Source: Squalus acanthias (lineage: Eukaryota). From it: a DNA stretch of 64,000 nucleotides. Location: the NCBI GenBank assembly GCA_030390025.1, contig CM059428.1:168454001-168518000 (forward strand), given 5' to 3'. A model generated the notes under the pieces. The model saw only the letters and a list, made by a program, of their open reading frames with translations, made no database searches and had not been told where the DNA came from. The position numbers were made by a program, and so were the translations under genes. This document shows, in pieces, positions 38,276-51,830 of this stretch (position 1 is its first letter; each line of letters begins with the position of its first letter).

Positions 38276-39345
38276 ATAGAGTCAGAGTCATACAGCACAG
38301 AAAGAGGCCTTCGGCCCATCGTGTCCGCACCGGTCATCAAGCCCTGTCTACTCTAATCCCATTTTCCAGCACTTGGTCCGTAGCCTTGTATGCTATGGCG
38401 TTTCAAGTGCTCATCTAAATGCTTCTTGAATGTGTGAGGGTTCCTGCCTCTACCACCCTTTCAGGCAGTGAGTTCCAGATTCCAACCACCCTCTGGGTGA
38501 AAAAGTATTTCCTCAAATCCCCTCTAAACCTCCTGCCCCTTACCTTGAAGCTATGCCCCCCTGGTTATTGACCCCTCTACTAAGGGGAAAAGTTCCTTTC
38601 TATCTACCCTATCTATGCCCCTCATAATTTTGTACACCTCAATCAGGTCCCCTCTCAGCCTTCTCTGCTCTAAGGAAAACAACCCCAGCCTGTCCAGTCT
38701 CTCTTCATAGCTGAAGCGCTGCAGCCCAGGTAACATCCTGATGAATCTCCTCTGCACCCTCTCCAATGCAATCACATCCTTCCCATAGTGTGGCGACCAG
38801 AACTGCACACACTATTCCAGCTGTGGCCTAACTAGCGTTTTGTACAGCTCCATCATAACCTCCCTGCTCTTATATTCTATGCCTCGGCTAATGAAGGCAA
38901 GTATCCCATATGCCTTCTTAACCACCTTATCTACCTGTCCTGCTGCCTTCAGGGATCTATGTACATGCACACCAAGGTCCCTCTGATCCTCTGTCCTTCC
39001 TAGGGTCCTACCATTCATTGTGTATTCCCTTGCCTTGTTAGTCCTCCCAAAATGCATCACCTCACACTTTTCAGGGTTAAATTCCATTTGCCACTGTTCT
39101 GCCCATCTGACCAACCCGTCTATATCGTCCTGTAGCCTGAGGCTTCCCTCCTCGCTATTTACCACCCCACCAATTTTCGTGTCATCTGCGAACTTACTGA
39201 TCATACCTCCTACATTCATATCTAAATCATTAATGTACACTACAAACAGCAAAGGACCCAGCACCGATCCCTGCGGTACACCACTGGACACAGGCTTCCA
39301 GTCACAAAAACAACCTTCGAGCATCACCCTCTGCCTCCTGCCACT
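38276..39345 (-). mobile_element. 5'-truncated CR1 LINE, inverted near-twin of 27521-28300
   Basis: GVPQGSVLGP..FADD..QLE*CVQFW; same nonsense codon. Confidence 0.9.
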
Positions 39346-39913
39346 TTTTTATGCAAATATTGGCCCAGATTACAGTTTTAATGATGTATAAAATTATCAA
39401 GAAATTAAAGTTGGTGCAATGAAGCTAATTATGAATAAAATTCCAATTCTGTACATTGTATAATTATTAGATTTGGGGATTCCATTGCATATCATTAGAG
39501 GATTCCCTTCGTAAATGATTGAAATGGAATTCTGCTTACTGATTGCAGAACCGGGCCCACGTAGTCCCAGGTACGTTTCCGAACCGCCTGCGTCCCTGTG
39601 AATGTGGGCCATTACCCTGCCCTCCACCTCGAGGCCAGAGACCGCAACTTTTTGCAGCCTGGGCGCCAGGAGGCACTTTCGTAATTGTTTCGTGGGTCGG
39701 AGGTGTACTTTGGAGGTACGCCTCCGACTGCAATTTCTAGCCCAATATTTTTAACAATACAGATACATTTTTCATATTAATGTCACTACATATATACACA
39801 GAATAAAGGAAATTGTGGATGTGATATTTTGAAGAGGAGATGGCAATAATGATCAGCTCCATGAGAAACACACTTGATGAGAATCAATAATGATTTAATT
39901 TTTCTTTCCCTAC

Positions 39914-40180
39914 CTTTTACTTTTAACGAAGCAGTGGTCTGCTGATCTCCAGAATCACAGATATATTCACCAGCATCTTCTAGCTTCAGGTTGTGAATAA
40001 GCAACTTAATACTTGAACCTTCTTGCTTCAGTTTGTACTTGGCACTTGAGTGAAGTACTACTGATCCCTTCCTCCATTCCACTGAGGCATTAAGTTTAGT
40101 AACCTCACAGTGTAGAGTAGCAGTACTATCCTCTTCAGCTTCCTCATTCTGAAGTTCTCGTTTGAAAAGCACAGGCATTG
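39914..40180 (-). CDS. OBSCN: Obscurin Ig exon (type 1, 267 nt)
   Basis: tttag|CA, AAAG|GTAGG; MPVLFKRELQNEEAEEDS.. Confidence 0.9.
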
Positions 40181-40489
40181 CTAAAGGAAGATAGTAAATT
40201 AATTCCGTCAAATTATGAGTGCTGCAATTCCGAATAATCAAATTGAATTTAATTTATTTCTCCTGAAAAAAATATTCTGGCAGTTGATGACACATTCCGT
40301 GATCCATATTAGTTACCCAAATAGTTGCTAATACTATACCAGTAATGCGAAGTTTCAATTACGCTCACCCTGCTCACCACATAGTAGTATGGTGTCTTCA
40401 TATTTGATAAGATTAATTACCTTCTGACTCAGCAATAGAAGTGTACGTTCTTCTATTCAGACAACTAATATTTACTCAATCAAGATAAT

Positions 40490-41305
40490 ACACCAAATTG
40501 GGGGGTGTAGTTAATACAGAGGAGGACTGCGACAAAATGCAGGAAGACATTAAAAACTTGTAGAATGGGCGTGTACATTTTGGTAGGAAGAATGAGGAGA
40601 CCACATACTCCTTGGAAAGTAAGTGTTTAAATGGGGAAGATGAACAGAGGGATATGCGGGTACAGATACACAAATCACTAAATGTAGTGGCGCAGGTTAA
40701 TAAGGCCATTAAAAAAAGCAAACAAAGCACTGGGGTTCCTTTCTAGAGCAATATAATTGAAAAGCAGAGAAGTTATGTTAAACTTGTATAGAACCTTGGT
40801 TAGTCCACACTTGGGAGTAGTGAACAGTTCTGGTCTCCATATTATAAAAAAGGATATAGAGGCACTGGAGAAGGTGCAAAAAAAGATTTACTAGAATGAT
40901 ACCAGAACTGAGAGGTTATACCCATCAGGAAAGATTGAACAAGCTGGGGCTCTTTTCTCTAGAAAGAAGACTGAGGGGTGACCTGATGGAGGTCTTTAAG
41001 ATTATGAAAGGGTAGAGGTAGGGAAGATGTTTTCACTTGTGGCGAGACCAGAACTAGGGGCCATAAATATAAAATAGTCACTAATAAATCCAATCGGGAA
41101 TTCAGGAGAAACTTCTTTACCCAGAGAGTGGTTAGAATGTGGAACTTGCTACCACAGGGAGTAGTTGAGGCGAATAGTATAGATGCATTTAAGGGGAAGC
41201 AATATAAGCACATGAGAGAGAAAGGAATAGGATATATTGATGGGGTTAGATGAAGAAGGGTGTTGAGCCGAATGGCTGGTTTTTGTGCTGTAAATACTTT
41301 GTAAT
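40490..41305 (+). mobile_element. Degenerate CR1 LINE 3' part
   Basis: NTKLGGVVN..LNLYRTLV..FFTQRVVRMWN remnants and 3' tail. Confidence 0.8.
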
Positions 41306-42497
41306 AGAATCTCAAAGAATACCAAACATGACACAAAGATCATGTCACACAATATTTAATAGGATGCGAGTGTCCTAGTACTTTTAACATTACCCTAAGT
41401 CAGTTGAGGAATGCAAGTTTTTTAAATATACTAGATGGCCATGTGGTTGGAAAAAAGATCTCAGAAACTTGCTCCACAGTGCCACCTAGTGGGAACAGCT
41501 TGTAACTCCCTAGCTTGCTGACCTAGCAAAATTGACTAGGAAATGTTGTCACAAAGAATGAAAGCAGGAAATATGGGTTGTGGACAGGAATTGAACACAA
41601 TAAGACTTTTAATAATATAGATATAGTGGATAGAACAGGATGATGTTTATATAAATGAAAGTTGTTGTTGTTCTTCTAAGTCAGAGGATATCTCTCTTAA
41701 CTGTCTTTATCACCTTAGTGCTGCTGCTCCTCTCTCTCCTCTTCCACTTGTCTCTCTTCTTGTTCATTCTCTTCTTTTCTGCCATATAAATGGGTGCAGC
41801 ATATTCCGTTTACGCTCCGCCCATTTGTACCAGGCGCTGAGCTGCCTAACTAGCGGCCCACTGATGGCTGCTCAAAAAACACTCCGGGAAGCTTTTCATT
41901 TTTTTTTGTGGGCCCAGAAGGATCAGGATTACTTCTCCTGGGCCCTCCAAAAAATTCCGGCACGCTTCTGGCCCACGCTAGGCTCTGCCCAGGGTCAACG
42001 GTGCGCCTGTAACTCGCCGGTGGCATGTTAATGAAGCTCGGGCTACAAATTGGCTCAGGCCTCAGGACAGAGCAAATGGCCGAGTGGAAAGGCCATTTTA
42101 CTGACTTCATGCCAGTTTAGGGCACTACTTAAAAGTTGCCCCCCCAAATGTCTTACCAATCAAGGTAGCAGAATCTTAATATGACACAAAGATTTTAAGT
42201 ACTGTAATATAATCAATTTATAAATACCAGTGTTCAAACACTAATTTAGTCCCTGAAATTGCAACGTGAAATACTAGCGTCAATCCTAGATTGACGAAAT
42301 ATTATTTAACCGTAAAAGTTACGCGTGCCTGATGGAAAAGTGCTTTATTTTCACAGCAAGCTACGTGTAAACTGTGTTGAAGATGAACATTTAATTCAGC
42401 ATCAATTTATACAATACTAAGTGAGTGGCATGCTGTTATTAAGGAGGCCGGCAAACATGAACATGTTTAAGGATGGAAACGTGAGAGGATTTCATTA

Positions 42498-42861
42498 CAG
42501 GAAACTCTTTATTAACCGGCACCGATGGGACCGGCGTGGTGCCGGTTAATCAAAAAGTCCGGATAACGGAGAGTTATATCTCCCAACGTACGAGAGCCCC
42601 GTACACATTGACATGCGCCTGCATTCGGAGCTCCGTCTCCCCGGGGACTGCCAGCTGACCATCTGTCGTGTCCGCTGCCTACCCGGGCTGCACATTCCCC
42701 TCCCAATCTACACGCTCCGATACAAGGCAAACGCCTCGGGGTTTTTTTTAAAGTTAATTTTAAACGAGAGATGAAGGAAAACCCCGGTTACCTACTCAAG
42801 AATTTTGCCGGTTGAGAGAGATTTCCGGATATTTGGGTGCCGGTTAATAAAGAGTTTCCTG
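42498..42861. mobile_element. Tc1/mariner-superfamily (Tigger/pogo-like) MITE
   Basis: Perfect 26-bp TIR CAGGAAACTCTTTATTAACCGGCACC flanked by TA on both sides. Confidence 0.85.
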
Positions 42862-42896
42862 TACAATGAAAAATGAGTAACGCGCTGTTGTCCTAC

Positions 42897-43163
42897 CCTT
42901 CACGCTTAAAGAGGCAGTAGTCTGTTGATCCCCAGAATAACAGGTATAGTCTCCACCATCTTCAGGTTTTAGGCTGTGGATGAGCAAATCAACACTGGAA
43001 CCTTCTTGTTTCAGTTCATACTTGTCACTAGGATGAAGTACCAGAGATCCCTTCCTCCATTTTACTGGGGCATCAGGTTTAGTAACCTCACAGTGTAGAG
43101 TGGCGGTGCCGCCCTCTTCAGCTTCCTCGTTCTGAAGTTCTTGTTTGAAAAGCACAGGCAGCG
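42897..43163 (-). CDS. OBSCN: Obscurin Ig exon (type 1, 267 nt)
   Basis: catag|CG, AAGG|GTAGG; LPVLFKQELQNEEAEEGGTATLHC.. Confidence 0.9.
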
Positions 43164-43579
43164 CTATGGAACACATTAAATTTGGTTTTTAATGATAATT
43201 AGTCAACATCCAAATCTTATTTCACAGTTTCCATACACAATTCGGATCTAACCTGCTGAAAATAATTCTCACAGTAAAAGCCCCAACAATCCATTACTAA
43301 ATTATTTTTCTCACTCACCAACGACCCCCCCCACCCCACCCCCCCCAAAAAAATTCAATAACCTACAAGTGAGGAGCACTGGCAGCCAGAAAGAGCTAAG
43401 TATTTATTTAAGTAATTATTCATCTGACTCTTACAATTTTTACTATACAATAGCTTCAGGGGGTAGGACAGAAAGAGATGTTCAAGACATATTAAGCAAA
43501 AATAATAAATTAGAGTAAATAGAAATAATTCAATAAACAATAACTTAAAAGGAACACCAGTTGGGTTAAATATATAAAT

Positions 43580-44760
43580 AGGTACGGCAGGATCAGAGTC
43601 TGAAGTGATGTGTGTGGCATGCATGACGTGGGCCTGCCTGGACTCACATACAATGCAGGGCGAACACATATGTACGAAGTGTACAAAGATTGCATTCCTC
43701 GAGCAAAAGGTTTCACAGCTTGAAAGTCAACTGAACACACTCCGCAACGTTTGGGAGAAAGAAAATTATTTGGATAAATGTTCCAGAGGGTGGCCACCCC
43801 ACAGGTTGCTAGGAGTAGAGAAGCTGGTAAAGGAGGCTAGGTGACCATCTGCAGTCAGAATAATCTCTGGAGCTGGATTTGTCTAATTACTGTAGTATAC
43901 GTGTTTAAGTACCAGTGATGTAGACAAAAAGAATGACACACAGAGGGGAACCACGAGCAACAGGCATTGAGGGGCAATTGGTTCCTCATGGAGCACAGTA
44001 CATGTAGTAAGAATAGACGAGCAGTGATTGTGGGGGATTTGAGAGTCAGAGGGGCAGATCGTTCATTTTGTAGATGTGATTCAGAGTCCCAAATGGTATG
44101 TTGCTTCCCAGGTCCAGAGTTTGAGATATTACGGAGTGAATACAAAAGGTTCTGCAATGGAAGGACAAGCAGCCAGAGGTCGTGGTTCATGTGGGACTCA
44201 ATGGCACAGATAGGAGTAGGTTTAAGATTCTACAAAAGGATTTAAAGCAGTTAAATGCTAGACTAAGAAGCAGAACTTCCAGGCTAGTAACCTCTGGATT
44301 ACTCCCAGTGTGACACGCTGAACAAGACAGGGAGAGAAAGATTAGGATTATCAAAGCTGGGCTGGAAGGATGATATAGAATTGAGTGTTTCAGATTCCTG
44401 GGATACTATGGCTAATTTTGGGTCCAGGAAAAGCTGTAAAGGCCTTCACTTAAACTGGAGAAGCACCCATGTCTTGCGGAAAGGGTAAAATGGGGAAAAA
44501 TGTAATCTAGTCAGGAGCTGGGAAGAGAAAATCCACACAGTAAGTTAAAAAGTGTGAGAAAAGGACCAACAGGACATATGGGCAGTATGGGGGCACTTAC
44601 CTAGATAAGAATTCTGTACACAAATATACATAGCATAAGAAATAAAACAGTGAGTTAGGAGCACAAATTCAGCTTGAAGGGTATGCTGCAGTAGCTATTA
44701 CAGAGACCTAGCTACAAGGTAGGCATGATTGGTGACTAAATATTCCAGGCTATAGGGTCA
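43580..44760 (+). mobile_element. Old CR1 LINE 5' part (ORF1 zinc-finger/leucine-zipper/esterase + start of ORF2 endonuclease)
   Basis: CVACMTW..HICTKC..LEQKVSQLESQL; AVIVGD; LYTNIHSIRNK..VAITET remnants. Confidence 0.7.
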
Positions 44761-46533
44761 GACATTAACTCCTCCAATCAGTCCATATCTACCACTTCAG
44801 TAGTTATGAACCAACCCAAATGAGTAAAGAGGGTCAAAGTTGCAACAGTCTCCACCTCTACTTCCTCAACCCTGAGGGCCACAAACAGGGACATTTATGG
44901 TGCCTAATTATAAATCGCCAGATCAGGCTCGATTACGACAACCATTCCAATGCTGCCTTCTACACAATCAAAACCACCTACTTCCCAGGATTACCCTGCA
45001 ATGTAAAGACAAAGTTCCACCATCACCTTCTCAGGGCAACTAGGAAGGAGCAATAAATGCCAGCCCTGCCAGTAATGGCCACATCCTGAGAATTAATTTC
45101 CTCCATAAATCCCTGTTCCCCAATCCTTACTCTCACTTCAAAAGCCAATCAAGAGGAGCTCATGGATTTCTTTAAATCAAAGGTGGAGACCATCCATACA
45201 GATGTATCCACCACCTCCTCGCCTCCTGTCTCTAATCACTCCTATGTTAAGGAGTCTGAAAGGAATTTCCTAAAGTTTTTCTTCAATTGGCCACCCTTTC
45301 TTTGGCTCCCCTGTAGATGGGTGGGTTGATGGATGGAGAAGGCTTGATTGTCTTTTTCCGCCCTTTTTTGTATGTTCTCTGATGTCCTCAAACCACTAAA
45401 CTAGATTACTGCTTCATATTATGATAGGTAATTTGTCTATCAAATAACCTACCACTCAACTCTCCATAAAGCCTAAGAACTTCCAAGACTTGAATACAGT
45501 TTCCGTATCTTGTGAGATTCTAGCAGCACCTCTACTGCACACTTGGACAGGATACACAGAAAAACTTGTCTTTCTCATCTCTTGTCTGCAACCACTGTCT
45601 CTCCTCATCTCAATCCTTCATTTCTCTCTCTCTATTTTATGAACGCTATGATCAGTGCTTTCCTGAATTTTCCTTTATTTTTCTTTGAATCTCCCAAATG
45701 CTCTTCAACAGACCTTTTTCCTCCCTGTTGCAATCAAGACTTATTACGATATATTCAGGCTTAAACCGCTTGCTTTTAAAATCCAAGTTTGGCATCATCT
45801 AATCAATGTTTTCTGTTTTACTTAATCTCCCCTTTTACTCTTTTAAACTTAAGTGCTGTTGTACATTATGGGCCTTGGCCTTTAATGTTGGTTTCTCAAT
45901 AAGGCGGCCAAGAAACTACTGTTGGTAATATTAGTGGACAAACGTACATGTTCTTAGAATATTTTCCATCTGCTATTTTAACTGCAGTGTTAATCATCTT
46001 ATTTTACATGAGTTAACGCCTCCATTGAAGTGGCAGATGGAAGAATGTCATACCAACATAATGGTCCAGAATTTGCTGGAGCAGGGCATCTCACGGCGTG
46101 CCTGTTAGAATTTTTCCTGCACCTTCATTACAAATTTTTTTTGCCCTGTAAGTTGCTGGAAGTGAGAGCTGATAACAGTGCAGCGAGGGCAGCAGAGCAC
46201 CTTGGTGAACAAAAGTGCCACGGGTGTATCTCCTTAACCAATGAGATTAAAGGATTGAGAAATAAACAGGAGAAGGAGGATAATTACAGTGGGTGAATTC
46301 AATATCAAATCAGGCACAGAAATAGAAATAAAGAGAGGGAAAGAAAGATTGGATTGGATTAAGAGAGAGATTATTAGTCCAGTAACGTAACCACAAGCTC
46401 ATACCCGTGCCTCATATTTCTCATCTACATGCTGCCTCTCGGCGACGTCATCCAAAAATGCAGCATCAGTTTCTACATGTAAGCTGACGAGACCCAGCTC
46501 TACCTCACCACCACCTCTCTCAATCCGACCACT

Positions 46534-49500
46534 GAGAGCAAATAATAAAAATGACAACAGAGAAGGTCATAGACTTAGGTAGCAGTGGGGAAATTAAAAA
46601 CCAGAGTGTGTCAGGAAGAGGCAGAAGGTATGGAGTAAAAGGTAAAGTAATAAAAAGGGCAAAAGCAGGAACTAAGTGTCACAAAACATATTTGAAAGTT
46701 CTCTATCTGAACGCACGTAGCATTCGTAACAAAATAGACGAGTTAATGGCACAAGTAACTACATATGGGTATGATCTTGTGGCTATTACAGAAACATGGC
46801 TGCAGGGTGACAATGCCTGGGAATTAAACATACCAGGTTATTTAACGATCAGGAAGGACAGGCAAGAAGGAAGGGGAGGTGGGGTGGCTATGTTAATAAA
46901 GGAAGGAATCACTGTAATACAGAGAAATGATATTGGGTCAAAAGATCAGGATAATGAAACAGTTTGGGTGGAGATATGGAATAATAAGGGGGAAAAACAC
47001 TGGTGGGCGTAGTCTATAGGTCTCTGAACAGTTGCAACTCTGTTGGACGGAGTATCAATCAGGAAATAGTTGAGGCATGTAATAAGGGAACATCTATAAT
47101 TATGGGGGATTTTAACTATCATATTAATTGGACAAATCAAATTGGGCAGGGCTGCCTTGAGGATGAGTTCATGGAGTGTATTAGGGATGGGTTTCTTGAG
47201 CAGTATGTAACTGAACCGACCAGGGGGCAAGCAACCTTAGATCTGGTCCTGTGTAACGAGACAGGATTAATTAAAAATGTCCTAGTAAAGGATCCCCTTG
47301 GAATGAGTGACCATAACATGGTTGAATTCCATATTCAATTCGAGGGTGAGAAGGTTGGATCTCAAACAAGCGTGCTAAGCTTGAATAAAGGAGACTATGA
47401 AAGTATGCGAGCGGAATTGAGTAGAGTGGATTGGGAAAATAGATTAAAGGGTAAGACGATACATGATCAGTGGTGTACATTTAAGGAGTTACTTTACAAG
47501 TTCCAAAAAATATATATTCCACTGAGAAGAAAAGGGTGTAAAAGAAAAGACAGTCATCCGTGGCTAAGTAAAGAAATTAAGGATAGTATTCGACTAAAAA
47601 CAAGGGCATATAAGGTGGCCAAATCTAGTGGGAGGATAGAGGATTGGGAAAACTTTAAAAGACAGCAAAAAATAACAAAAAGATTGATTAAGAAAGGGAA
47701 GATAGATTATGAAAGTAAATTAGCAAAAAATATAAAAACAGATAGTAAGAGTTTTTATAGTTATATAAAAAGAAAAAGGGTGGCTAAAGTAAATGTTGGT
47801 CCCTTAGAGGATGAGACCGGGAAATTAATGGTGGGAAATATGGAGATGGCAAATATACTGAATGAATATTTTGTATCAGTCTTTACAGAAGAGGACACTA
47901 AGAATATCCCAACACTGGACAAACAGGGGGCTATAGGGGGGGGGGGGGAGGAGCTAAACACGATCAAAATCACTAAGGAAGTGGTACTCGGTAAAATAAT
48001 GGGACTCAAGGCGGATAAATCACCTGGACCTGATGGCTTACATCCTAGGGTCTTGAGGGAAGTGGCGGTAGGGATTGTGGATGCATTGGTAATCATTTTC
48101 CAAAACTCCCTGGACTCAGCAAAGATCCCGGCAGACTGGAAAACTGCTAATGTAACACCCTTATTTAAAAAGGGCAGTGGACAGAAGGCTGGAAACTATA
48201 CACCGGTTAGCCTAACATCTGTGGTAGGTAAAATTTTGGAGTCCATTATTAAGGAGACAGTAACGGGACATTTGGATAATCATAATTTAATAGGGCAAAG
48301 TCAGCATGGTTTTATGAAGGGGAAATCATGTTTGACAAATTTGCTGGAGTTCTTTGAGGAAGTAACATACAGGGTGGATAAAGGGGAACCAGTGGATGTG
48401 GTGTATTTAGACTTCCAAAAGGCATTTGACAAGGTGCCACACAAAAGATTATTGCTTAAGATAAAAAATCACAGGATTGGGGGTAATATTCTGGCATGGA
48501 TAGAGGATTGGCTATCTAACAGAAGGCAGAGAGTTGGGATAAATGGTTCATTCTCAGACTGGCAATCAGTAACTAGTGGTGTTCCGCAGGGGTCAGTGCT
48601 GGGTCCCCAACTCTTTACAATCTATATTAACGATTTGGAGGAGGGGACCGAGTGTAACATATCAAAGTCTGCAGATGATACTAAGATGGGAGGGAAAGTA
48701 GTGAGTGAGGAGGACATAAAAAATCTGCAAGGGGACATAGACAGGCTAAGTAAGTGGGCAGAGATTTGGCAGATGGAATACAATACTGGAAAGTGTGAGG
48801 TTATGCACTTTGGCAGGAACAATAGTAGAGCAAGTTATTATCTAAATGGCAAGAAACTGGAAAGTACTGAAGTACAAAGGGATCTGGGGGTCCTGGTGCA
48901 CGAAACTCAAAAGGTTAGTATGCAGGTGCAGCAAGTGATTAAGAAGGCCAATGGAATGTTGGCTTTCATTGCTAGGGGGATAGAATGTAAAAATAGGGAG
49001 GTATTGCTTCAGTTGTACAAGGTATTGGTGAGACCGCACCTGCAAAACTGTATGCCGTATTCGTGTCCATACTTAAGAAAAGACATACTTGCTCTCGAGT
49101 CAGTACAAAGAAGGTTCACTCAGTTAATCCCGGGGATGAAGGGATGGACATATGAGGAGAGGTTGGGTAGATTGGGACTCTACTCATTGGAGTTCAGAAG
49201 AATGAGAGGCGATCTTATTGAAACATATAAGATTGTGAAGGGGTTGGATCGGGTGGATGCGGGGAAGATGTTCCCGATGATGGGTGAAACTAGAACTAGG
49301 GGGCATAGTCTTAGAATAAGGGGCTGCTCTTTCAAAACTGAGATGAGAAGGAACTACTTCACTCAGAGGGTGGTAGGTCCATGGAATATGCTGCCCCAAA
49401 AAGCTGTAGAAGCTACATCATTACATAAATTTAAAACAGAAATAGACAGTTTCCTAGAAGTAAAGGGAATTAAGGGTTACGGGAAGCGGGCAGGAATTTG

Positions 49501-49733
49501 GACATGAGTCTAGGTTCAGATCAGTCATGGCCCTGTGGGTAGCGTAGCGGGCCCAGGGGCCGTGTAGCCTGATCCTGCTCCTATTTCGTGTGTCCAATTC
49601 TGTTAGGTTCAGGAGAAGGTTCTGTGATAGTGGATTGGCGGTTAGGATCAGATCAGCCATGATCTTATTGAATGGCGGAGCAGGCTCGAGGGGCCAATTG
49701 GCCTACTCCTGCTCCTATTTCTTATGTTCTTAT
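46534..49733 (+). mobile_element. Young CR1 LINE truncated just upstream of ORF2
   Basis: ORF2 from ATG 46551: APE endonuclease (YLNARSIRNK, ITETW, GDFN, SDH) + RT. Near-identical to 63501-64000. Confidence 0.92.
46551..49507 (+). pseudogene. CR1 ORF2 (EN+RT) with a frameshift near 46995 and SADD in place of FADD
   Basis: ORFs 46551-47012 and 47003-49507. The A-run is 2 nt shorter than in the copy at ~63960. Confidence 0.85.
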
Positions 49734-50673
49734 GACTCTTAATTACCAGACTGCTTGTCTGACATCCAGTACTGGACGAGCAGAAATTTCATCCCACTAA
49801 ATATTGGGAAGACCAAAGCCACTGTCTTCGGTCCCCGCCACAAACTCCGTTCCCTACCCACTCCATCCCTCTTCCCTGGCAACTTTGAGGCTGAACCAGA
49901 TTGTTCGCAACCTTGGTGTCATAATTGACCCCAAAATGACCTTCTGACCACATATCCGCGCCATCACTAAGACCGCATATTTCCACCTCCGGAACATCGT
50001 CCAACTCTGCTCCTGGCTCAGCTCATCTGCTACAGAAACCCTCATCCAAGCCTTTGTTACCTCTAGGCTTGACTATTCCAACTCACTCCTGACATTCTAC
50101 CCTCTGTAAACTTGAGGTCATCCAAAACTCTGCTGCCCGTGTCCTAACTCTCACCAAGTCCCGTTCACCCATCGCCCCTGTGCTCGTTGACCTACATTGG
50201 CTCCTGGTTAAGAAACGCCTCGATTTTAAAATTCTCATTCTTGTTTTCAAATTCCTCCCTCTTTATCTCTTTAATCTCCTCCAGCCCCACAACCCTCAGA
50301 TATCTGCGCTTCTCTAATTCTGGCCTCTTGAGCATCCCCGATTTTAATCGCTCCACAATTGGTGGCCGTGCCTTCAGCTGCTAAGAGCCTAAGCTCTGGA
50401 ATTCCATCCCTAAACGTCTCTGCTTCTCTACCTCTCTTTCCTCCTTTAAGACGCTCCTTAAAACCTACACCTTTGACCAAGCTTTTGATCATCTGCCCTA
50501 AAATCTCCTTATGTGGCTCGGTGTCAGATTTTGTTTTATAACACTCCTGTGAAGCGCATTGGGACGTTTTACTACGTTAAAGGCGCTATATAAATACAAG
50601 TTGTGGGTGTTGTTGTTGTTGTATACGAAGTCTATGTTATCATGGGTGATCCTGTAAGAAAAATGCAGTGATT

Positions 50674-51126
50674 CATAGAAACATAGAAACTAGAAGCAGG
50701 AGTAGGCCATTCGGCCCGTCGAGCCTGCTCCACCATTCAATACGATCATGGCTGATCATCCAAATCCAGTACACTGTCCCTGCTTTCTCACACAGAATCC
50801 CCATCGAGCCTGCACCGACACATATCCCACCCTATCCCCGTAACCCCACGTATTTAATTCCCCCTAACATATCCCTTCCTATCCTATCCCCGTAACCCCA
50901 CATATTTAATCCCCCCCTAACACTAAGGGTCAATTTATCATAGCCAAATCAACCTAACCCGCACATTTTTGGACTGTGGGAGGAAACCGGAGCACCCGGA
51001 GGAAACCCACGCAGACACGGGGAGAATGTGCAAACTCCACACAGACAGTCACCCGAGGCCAGATTCGAACCCGGGTCCCTGGCGCTGTGAGGCACCAGTG
51101 CTAACCACTATGCCACCGTGTTGCCC
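50674..51126 (-). mobile_element. Full-length tRNA-derived V-SINE (HE1-like)
   Basis: Head GGGCAACACGGTGGCATAGTGG (A box)..GGTTCGAATC (B box), V-domain TGTGTGGAGTTTGCACATTCTCCCCGTGTCTGCGTGGGTTTCC, CR1-derived 3' tail. Confidence 0.8.
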
Positions 51127-51830
51127 TCATCCACTCCATTTGCCTTGTTTTCTGCTACAGATTCACATACTATGCTGCGCTGCAGACTTGTACTTGTGAA
51201 GCCCCCGTTTACTCCTTAGTGGGGATGAGTGTGAGCAGCTGAGGCTAAGCAAAAAGTTGTACTTCAGAACCACACGAGCTGCACGGGGCTTGAGAGATGA
51301 ATGTTGGCCTCCCTAGCCTACACTGTGAAGTTAAAAAAAATCTTTGTTCCCATCATCTTTACTTCCCTTTCATTAATGTCATGCAGCTCTCTTAATGCTC
51401 ACCCTACTTGTGTTAATAGCAGCAAAACTGTCTGTTCAATTATGCCTCCTAACATACAGCTCAGCACGAAAGCTAGACGATTTTCCATCTTCCCACAACC
51501 CGGCAAGCTGCTGCAAGGGGCGTTCATTTGACACCCGCAGCTCATCAGTGGCATTCAAATGAGGCCAAAACCAAAAATGGTTCGGGACTCCCGACGCGGG
51601 CTTTGGGCGGGCAGAGCAGCCACTCTGCAAACTTCTTGCCCCTTTCAGGAGGAAATCGAATTGCACGGCGTGTCTAAATTGTTGCAAAAATGTGCAGTAA
51701 AATTTAGAACTCTGAACTCAACATTTATGGACAATAAAGTTGACTGATGTGATGTCACACTCAATGAGACATCTCAAGTGATGAAAACTCAAGAGGGTTT
51801 AGTTACGGTGAATAATGGTTGTTGTCCTAC

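Larger units (their letters stand above)
46380..50620 (+). mobile_element. L2-clade LINE 3' part, split by a CR1 insertion (46534-49733)
   Basis: IYMLPLG..FYM*ADETQLYL at 46420-46510 continues at 49737; ends ..AAAGGCGCTATATAAATACAAGTTG..(GTT)n. Confidence 0.75.

Noticed and set aside
51055-51126. tRNA gene
   Set aside because: The A/B boxes are the head of a SINE followed by the V-domain and a CR1 tail; no complete cloverleaf.
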